From: Candidatus Micrarchaeota archaeon
GTDB taxonomy: Archaea; Micrarchaeota; Micrarchaeia; Anstonellales; Anstonellaceae
NCBI GenBank assembly: GCA_013331805.1
Contig: DUFS01000008.1
Coordinates: 1 to 11,138, forward strand
Direction: 5' to 3'
Length of the DNA: 11,138 nucleotides
Under the pieces are notes generated by a model, which ran no database searches, was not told the origin of the DNA, and worked only from the letters and a program-made list of their open reading frames with translations. How positions within the stretch are numbered: the stretch's first letter is position 1; every line of letters begins with the position of its first letter. The position numbers and the translations under genes are program-made. Positions 1-5,761 of the stretch are shown one piece after another.

Positions 1-423
1 GGCATGATGATGGAGCATGACGAGGACGGCATTGAATGGGAAGACACCATGTTCGGCATGAATCTGCTTTCCACGAATGAAAACCTGGAGTGGCGCATAA
101 TAGATTCGCAAACAGGCAAGTGGAACATGAATGCAACACGCGAGGTTTCTGCGGGCAAGCCAATCAAGATAAGGCTGAACAACACCAAGGTCTCAGTTCA
201 TCCAATGCAGCACCCAATCCATCTGCACGGCGCAAGATTTTTGGTGCTGGAAAAAGACGGCGTGAAAAACGACAATCTTGCCTGGAAGGACACTGTCTTG
301 GTTCCGGTCGGAAGCACGGTTGATATCCTCACCTATTTTCCGAACAAAGGCGAATGGATGATGCACTGCCACATAGCCGAACATCTGGGGTCGGGCATGA
401 TGACATCGTTTAAGGCAGTGTAA
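1..423 (+). CDS. Multicopper oxidase (CueO/laccase-like), C-terminal cupredoxin domain; 5'-truncated by the window edge
   Basis: Copper-ligand motifs HPIHLHG and WMMHCHIAEHLGSGMM, plus WKDTVLV. The frame is open from base 1 and ends at TAA 421-423. Confidence 0.93.
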   Translation, partial: GMMMEHDEDGIEWEDTMFGMNLLSTNENLEWRIIDSQTGKWNMNATREVSAGKPIKIRLNNTKVSVHPMQHPIHLHGARFLVLEKDGVKNDNLAWKDTVLVPVGSTVDILTYFPNKGEWMMHCHIAEHLGSGMMTSFKAV

Positions 424-425
424 CC

Positions 426-458
426 TGTTAATACCATATTAACATTTATAAATATAAA
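426..458 (+). promoter_or_regulatory. dnaJ promoter: TATA box with an abutting inverted repeat
   Basis: TTTATAAA at 445-452, preceded directly by the perfect inverted repeat TGTTAAT(426-432)-N5-ATTAACA(438-444). Confidence 0.7.
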
Positions 459-497
459 CCGTCATTAGCTAGCCATAGGATCCACTGAGGCAATTCC

Positions 498-1622
498 ATG
501 CCAACCAAGCGCGACTACTACGAAATACTCGGGGCAAAGAGGAGCGCGAGCAAGGACGAGCTCAAGGACGCCTACCGCACGCTTGCGCTCAAGTACCACC
601 CGGACAGGAACAAGGATCCTGGCGCAGAGGAAAAATTCAAGGAAATCTCCGAGGCATACGCAGTTCTTTCAGACGACGAGAAAAGGCAGACTTACGACCA
701 GTACGGACACGCAGGATTTGACCAGCGCTATTCCCAGGAGGACATATTCCGCGGGGCGAACTTCGAGGACATTTTCCGCGAGTTCGGCTTCAATTTCGGC
801 GGCGGGCATGTTGACGACCTTTTCTTCTCCTCCTTTTTCGGTTCCCCATTTGGAGGCGGAAGGCGCTCCACGCGCGGAGCCGACCTCCGTTATGATGTTC
901 ACATATCGCTGGAGGATGCGGCAAAAGGCATTACAAAGGAAATTTCATTCAAGAGGAACCGTGCCTGCGAACACTGCTCAGGAAGCGGCGCAGAGCCAGG
1001 AAGCAGGATTTCCACTTGCCAAAAGTGCGGAGGCAGCGGCCAGGTCCGGAGCACAAGAAGGCTGGGCGCATTCGGAAGCTTCAGCTCCGTGGCAACCTGC
1101 AACGCATGCGCAGGAAACGGCAGGAAACCGGATAAGGAGTGCAAAGAGTGCAGGGGAAGCGGCGCGCAGATTTACACTGAAAAGCTTACAGTTGACATTC
1201 CCGCAGGCGTGGACACAGGCTCGCAACTTCGGCTTGCGGGAATGGGCGAGCGCGGGCCTTCCTCGCCTGGCGACCTCTACGTATTCATTTCAGTGCAGGA
1301 CCATCATCTCTTCAAAAGAGACGGGGAGGACGTTTACCTTGAAACGCCGATCAGCTTTTCGCAGGCAGCGCTCGGGGCGGAAATAGAGGTTCCCACGCTC
1401 TCAGGAAAAGCCAAGCTCAAAATTCCCGCAGGAACGCAGACTGGCACCCTGCTTCGCATGAGGGGCGAGGGCATGCCGCGCGTGCATGGCAGGGGAAAGG
1501 GGGACCAGATAATACAGATAATTGTCAGGACGCCCGCCAACCTGTCTGAAAAACAGAAGAAACTCCTGTCCGAGCTTGGCGACACTCCAAAGAAGGGCTT
1601 TTTTGACACGATGTTCGGATAA
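498..1622 (+). CDS. dnaJ: Molecular chaperone DnaJ (type I)
   Basis: J domain with DYYEILG and HPD, a G/F-rich region, four CxxCxGxG repeats ([32 protein letters not shown]) and the C-terminal domain. GAGG at 487-490 lies upstream. Confidence 0.98.
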   Translation: MPTKRDYYEILGAKRSASKDELKDAYRTLALKYHPDRNKDPGAEEKFKEISEAYAVLSDDEKRQTYDQYGHAGFDQRYSQEDIFRGANFEDIFREFGFNFGGGHVDDLFFSSFFGSPFGGGRRSTRGADLRYDVHISLEDAAKGITKEISFKRNRACEHCSGSGAEPGSRISTCQKCGGSGQVRSTRRLGAFGSFSSVATCNACAGNGRKPDKECKECRGSGAQIYTEKLTVDIPAGVDTGSQLRLAGMGERGPSSPGDLYVFISVQDHHLFKRDGEDVYLETPISFSQAALGAEIEVPTLSGKAKLKIPAGTQTGTLLRMRGEGMPRVHGRGKGDQIIQIIVRTPANLSEKQKKLLSELGDTPKKGFFDTMFG

Positions 1623-1780
1623 GCGGAGCGAATCCGAATAGCTGGTGCCATCAGGAACCGGATGTTCGGGTGAGTGAAACTCGTTTGGGGCAACTCTTTT
1701 TTACCCTTGCCGTCAAATTCACACGGTGCGGCAAGCAGCCCTCAGTCTGCATTCGGGAACTTAGGGAATCGCGCCGCACC
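1623..1780 (+). ncRNA. Candidate structured RNA or cis-regulatory leader of lysS; no known family recognised
   Basis: Closing helix 1623-1631/1769-1777 encloses hairpins 1633-1670, 1671-1683, 1688-1706 (or 1687-1696), 1706-1735 and 1739-1766. G-U pairs in the longest hairpin favour the + strand. Paired by eye. Confidence 0.5.
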
Positions 1781-1791
1781 TTGTGACGCTT

Positions 1792-3387
1792 ATGCCTGAT
1801 AACGCAGAGGACAAGAAGAACCTTCACTGGTCAGAGCAGCTCGCGCAGGACATAATCAATACAAGGAAAGAGCCGTTCGTAATCAGCGGAGGGATGACCA
1901 CTTCAGGCCCCACCCACTTGGGAACTGTGTGCGAGTTCCTTTTTCCCCAGGCAATAGTTGACGCATTGAAATTTGCCGGCAGGAAGGCAAAATACTATTT
2001 CGTTGCAGACGTATTCGACGCATTCGACTCCATTCCAATGGCTTTTGAGAAGTACAAAACCGAGCTTGAGCCTCACCTGGGCAAGCCGCTCACGGCCGTT
2101 CCTGACCCAACAGGGCAGTTCAAGTCATTCGGCGACCATTTTCTTGCAGACACCAAGGCGGCAATGGACCAGTTCGGAGCCAAGCCCGAGCTTTTGCGCG
2201 CCACAGACCTTTACGCAAAGGGCGCTTTTGATAAATACGCAAGGCTCTTTCTCAAGGAGGAGGCAGAGGTCCGGAAAATCGTGGCAAAAACCTCGCTTCG
2301 CGATTCCCTCCCTGACTGGTGGTCGCCAATCCTTCCTTTGTGTGAAAAATGCGGAAGGATTGCCACCACCCGCATAATATCCCACGATGGCGAGAATTTC
2401 GGATATGCCTGCGACCGGGACGTAAAATACACCAAGGGCTGCGGATTCCGTGGAAAAGGCAGCATATCCGACCACAGGTACAAGCTCACCTGGAGGCTGC
2501 ACTGGCCTTCCTGGATGGACTATTTCGAAACTTCCGCAGAAGGCGCAGGAGTGGATCACCACACGCGGGGCGGAAGCTGGGACACCTTGGTGGGAATATT
2601 CAGGCAGGTGTTCAAAAAAGATCCGCCCATTGGCTACAAATTCGGCTTCATACTCTTCGAGGGCAAGAAATACTCCAAGTCAAAAGGCAGGGGAATGGGC
2701 GTCAAGGAGCTGATGGAGCTTCTTCCCCCTGAAATAATCAAGTACATGCTGCTCAAGCCAGACCTTCAGGAAAACGTGGACATCAATCCCACCCCGCAGA
2801 ACTGCCTGCGGACAATGGAGGACTACGAAAAGGCGCTTGCGCTGTCCGAAGCTGGCAACATTGACTCTCTATCCCGCGCTGACCGCAAGCGCGCATTGGC
2901 AGCCAGGCTCTCATCAGAGGATGCCGAAGGCGGCCTGTCGCCAGCCCGTGGCGCAGAAGAGCCGGCAGCCCGCCAGGGCAGGCGAGGCTGGAAAACCCCC
3001 TTCCTGGACCTGCTCCTATACAGGCAGCTGCAGATGGAATGGGAAAAAATCGCCGCGATTACAGAAGACAAAGCCTCGATAGCCAAGCTCTCGCCATACA
3101 TAAACGCATGGGAGGAAAGGAAGTTCATCCCTGAAGAGTACTCCTTCTCCTATTCGCCCCAGAAGGCGCAAGCTCACGCGGCAGCCTTCTTTGCCAAGCT
3201 CTCCCCCTCAATGAACGCGCTGGACATGCACAACGCAGCCTTCTCAACAGCCAAGGAGCTCTCCATCCGGCCCTCCAAGCTTTTCGAGGAATGCTACACC
3301 GCGCTGCTTTCCAAGCCCCGGGGCCCCAAGCTGGGCAAGCTCATAGAGGCAATCGGCGTTGAAAAAGTGAAGAAAGATGTGCTCTGA
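1792..3387 (+). CDS. lysS: Lysine--tRNA ligase, class I
   Basis: N-terminal HW motif, HIGH-like SGPTHLGT, HLGKPL..VPDP, Zn-ribbon CEKCG, KLTWRLHWP, EGAGVDH, KMSKS-like KYSKSKG and C-terminal GPKLG. ATG 1792 is preferred over GTG 1783. Confidence 0.97.
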   Translation: MPDNAEDKKNLHWSEQLAQDIINTRKEPFVISGGMTTSGPTHLGTVCEFLFPQAIVDALKFAGRKAKYYFVADVFDAFDSIPMAFEKYKTELEPHLGKPLTAVPDPTGQFKSFGDHFLADTKAAMDQFGAKPELLRATDLYAKGAFDKYARLFLKEEAEVRKIVAKTSLRDSLPDWWSPILPLCEKCGRIATTRIISHDGENFGYACDRDVKYTKGCGFRGKGSISDHRYKLTWRLHWPSWMDYFETSAEGAGVDHHTRGGSWDTLVGIFRQVFKKDPPIGYKFGFILFEGKKYSKSKGRGMGVKELMELLPPEIIKYMLLKPDLQENVDINPTPQNCLRTMEDYEKALALSEAGNIDSLSRADRKRALAARLSSEDAEGGLSPARGAEEPAARQGRRGWKTPFLDLLLYRQLQMEWEKIAAITEDKASIAKLSPYINAWEERKFIPEEYSFSYSPQKAQAHAAAFFAKLSPSMNALDMHNAAFSTAKELSIRPSKLFEECYTALLSKPRGPKLGKLIEAIGVEKVKKDVL

Positions 3388-3388
3388 A

Positions 3389-4285
3389 ATGCGGAAAGCC
3401 AATCTCCGCTACTACTCCTCCAAAGGGAAAGCGGCCTACTCGGACTTTTCCACCTTTGCGCAGGGGCGGGCGCTGGCAAGGTGCAACGCAATCGAATTTG
3501 CCAGGGATTTTTCCAGCCAAGGTGAAATCCTCATATGCGAATACGGGGTAGGAAACGGGAATTTCGCAAAAGTGTTCCTGGATGAGTTGAAATCAAAAGA
3601 CGCACAGCTCCATTCCAGGACGCACTACTTCCTGTTCGACCTTTCGGAAAAAATGCTCAAAGACGCGAGAAAAACGCTTTCTTCGCACGGCAGCATATGC
3701 TCATTTGAAAGATTCGACGCAGCATCGGAGGCGCCGTCCCAGAATTTCGACTATTGCAGGATAAACGAGCTTCTTTCCGACCTTCCTGCGGATATCTACA
3801 TGAAAAGCCAGGGCAAGATAACCTCCATGGACTCAAAGCGCACCACCAGCGACCTATTCGTGTCAAAGTTCCTTGAGCGTGTTGACGAGGGGAGGGCAAT
3901 CCCCTTCAATTTCACGGCAGAAAAATTCCTCTCCAGCCTCTGCCTTGCAGGAAGGCCGGGTTTCCGCATTGACGCATTCGACTACGGCTTTTACTCGGCA
4001 GAAGGCATCTTCATCCACCCAAAGGAGGAATGGAACAGCATCATACTCCGGAAATACGGCTCGCAGGTCACAGTTGACCTGAATTTTCCCCAGCTCATAG
4101 CCTCGCTTGCCTCGCAAGGCATTGCAGCGGCAATTGAATCCCAAAAGGATTACGCAGAGCGCGTTCTTGGGATGCCTCTTGAAATATCCGAAACCGGCAA
4201 AGGATTGGACTACGTCAAGGCAGGCAAAGGAAGCGAGGGCATAATTGAAGACGACGGATTTTACTATCTTCGGATAGGAAGGTAG
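3389..4285 (+). CDS. SAM-dependent methyltransferase, MidA/NDUFAF7-like
   Basis: YY...DFST, motif I EYGVGNG, NELLSDLP, DYG and GSQVTVDLNF follow the order of MidA/NDUFAF7 family motifs. ATG 3389 lies 1 nt after the lysS stop, suggesting translational coupling. Confidence 0.75.
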   Translation: MRKANLRYYSSKGKAAYSDFSTFAQGRALARCNAIEFARDFSSQGEILICEYGVGNGNFAKVFLDELKSKDAQLHSRTHYFLFDLSEKMLKDARKTLSSHGSICSFERFDAASEAPSQNFDYCRINELLSDLPADIYMKSQGKITSMDSKRTTSDLFVSKFLERVDEGRAIPFNFTAEKFLSSLCLAGRPGFRIDAFDYGFYSAEGIFIHPKEEWNSIILRKYGSQVTVDLNFPQLIASLASQGIAAAIESQKDYAERVLGMPLEISETGKGLDYVKAGKGSEGIIEDDGFYYLRIGR

Positions 4286-4290
4286 AATGC

Positions 4291-4584
4291 ATGAAATTCA
4301 ATGCAAGGCAAAAGCAAATTCTTTCCAGGCTCACGCCTTTCCAGCGCGCAGTCCTTCACGCGTGCGCCAAAATACCGGAAGGAAAGACCGCGACCTATTC
4401 TGACATTGCCCGCGCGGTAGGAAAGCCTGCGGCAGCCCGCGCAGTGGGAAACGCGCTTGCCAAAAATCCGCTTGCCCCGTTCATCCCGTGCCACAGGGTC
4501 ATCCGCTCGGACGGATCTGTTGGGGGTTACCAAGGCAAACCCCATTCGGTGCTCAAGAAGATGCTCATCCAGGCCGAGGCTTAG
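4291..4584 (+). CDS. ogt: O6-methylguanine-DNA methyltransferase (MGMT/Ogt family), single C-terminal domain
   Basis: IPEGKTATYSDIA, AARAVGNAL, active-site IPCHRVI and GGY. Confidence 0.93.
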   Translation: MKFNARQKQILSRLTPFQRAVLHACAKIPEGKTATYSDIARAVGKPAAARAVGNALAKNPLAPFIPCHRVIRSDGSVGGYQGKPHSVLKKMLIQAEA

Positions 4585-5047
4585 GGTTGGCCTCAATGAG
4601 CAGGCTGTAGGAAAAAAACCCTGGTTTCACACCCGGAATTCCCTGTCCAGCTCCAACCGCATCCCCTTTGGTAAATCTGGCCTTTCCTGCAATTATCTTT
4701 GTCAAACTCCTGAAGTCGCTTATTGACACATCTGGAGTGAATTTTTCCTCCGGCGCATTTATTCCTGTTTTCGACCCCAATATTTCCTGTGTCCGCTTCG
4801 TCACGAAAGCCGCAAACTTCTCTCTTACAACTCCATTCACGTTGATTGTCACCAGTATCGGTATCTTTGGGAACTCGGGATTTTTTCTCGGCGCCATGTT
4901 GCGAAATGCTTTCCCAACAGATTTAGAATCCCTAATGCCTTCAAAATATTCAAAAAAGCTCCTTCTACTTTTCACGTTGCTCAGATCGATTTTCAGCACA
5001 TCGCGCAGTTCGAGTATGGTTATCTTTGTCCTTGATTCAATTCGCAT
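4565..5047 (-). CDS. Hypothetical protein (~160 aa); weak SCP2-like pattern in the C-terminal half
   Basis: ATG at 5047 preceded by a GAGGGG SD-like sequence and a TATATAAA box about 45 nt upstream. The 3' end overlaps the ogt 3' end convergently by 20 nt. No family firmly recognised. Confidence 0.6.
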   Translation of the reverse strand: MRIESRTKITILELRDVLKIDLSNVKSRRSFFEYFEGIRDSKSVGKAFRNMAPRKNPEFPKIPILVTINVNGVVREKFAAFVTKRTQEILGSKTGINAPEEKFTPDVSISDFRSLTKIIAGKARFTKGDAVGAGQGIPGVKPGFFSYSLLIEANPKPRPG

Positions 5048-5092
5048 GTATTCCCCTCTGAAGAAATTGTTGAGTCTTTCAGGAAACAAACA

Positions 5093-5145
5093 TTTATATA
5101 CAGTTTTATACACTTTCTGAGCGCTGTGGGGGCAATCTTAATAAA
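5093..5145. promoter_or_regulatory. Divergent promoter region (orphan ORF / rpl10e)
   Basis: TTTATATA at 5093-5100 (TATATAAA on the - strand) and TTAATAAA at 5138-5145 (+), between divergently transcribed genes. Confidence 0.55.
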
Positions 5146-5218
5146 CAGGAGAGGAAAATCTCAGCACTCTTCCTTTCAGACGGCATGATGTCGAAGGATT
5201 GATGTTGGGGTGTTATTT

Positions 5219-5752
5219 ATGGGTTTGAGGCCGGCAAAGACGTGCAGGACGCTCGAGAAGACCGCCTGGACGCGCTATTCGAAGAAAAAGCCGAGGAAAT
5301 CGTTCGTGAAGGCGCTGCCCCACCTGTCGCTCCTGGTTTACGAGATGGGGAGCAGGAAGCAGCCGTTCGATTATACTTACAACCTTGTTGCGGAGGAGGA
5401 CGTGCAGCTGCGGGACAATTCGCTCGAGTCGGCAAGGCAGGCGGCAAACAAGTACCTCGAAAAAACCATACCGAACCTGTACTTTTTCAAGGTCCGCGTA
5501 TTCCCGCACAACGTGATCCGCGAGAACAAGATGATTGCGGGTGCCGGCGCAGACAGGCTTCAGAAGGGCATGAGGCTGGCATACGGCCGCTCCACCGACC
5601 GCGCGGCAAGGATAAACAGGGGCCAGCCGGTATTCACAATCGATGTTGCAAAGGCGAACGCACCGCACATATTGGAGGCTTTCAGGCGCGCAAAGTGCAA
5701 GATGTCCGGTAAGTTCAAGATAGCGCAGACGCCTTATGCGGCAAACACATGA
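5219..5752 (+). CDS. rpl10e: 50S ribosomal protein L10e (uL16)
   Basis: MGLRPA start, QLRDNSLESARQAANKYL, and RENKMIAGAGADRLQKGMRLAYG. GGGGTG SD at 5207-5212 supports ATG 5219. Confidence 0.97.
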   Translation: MGLRPAKTCRTLEKTAWTRYSKKKPRKSFVKALPHLSLLVYEMGSRKQPFDYTYNLVAEEDVQLRDNSLESARQAANKYLEKTIPNLYFFKVRVFPHNVIRENKMIAGAGADRLQKGMRLAYGRSTDRAARINRGQPVFTIDVAKANAPHILEAFRRAKCKMSGKFKIAQTPYAANT

Positions 5753-5761
5753 GGGCAGGCT

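Noticed and set aside
583..1386. 267-aa alternate-frame ORF inside dnaJ, and other overlapping ORFs within lysS and the methyltransferase
   Set aside because: These are shadow ORFs of well-supported genes, with S/R/A-rich composition and no motifs.
1758..1773. T-box-like string AACTTAGGGAATCGCG upstream of an aaRS gene
   Set aside because: It lacks the UGGN bulge that pairs with the tRNA NCCA end, and no stem I AG/GNUG architecture or downstream terminator was seen.
1623..1780. Known RNA families (tRNA, 5S rRNA, SRP RNA, RNase P RNA, lysine/TPP/cobalamin/SAM riboswitches, hammerhead)
   Set aside because: Only isolated short look-alikes occur (GTCAAATTC, AGGGAATC, CAGG...AGCA far apart). There is no cloverleaf, no GAGGAAAGUCC, no compact SRP helix 8 and no CUGANGA on either strand. 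A covariance-model search is still needed to exclude divergent members.
5118..5169. CIRCE-like half site TCAGCACTC (5161-5169)
   Set aside because: There is no partner arm at 9-nt spacing, and it is not upstream of a chaperone gene.
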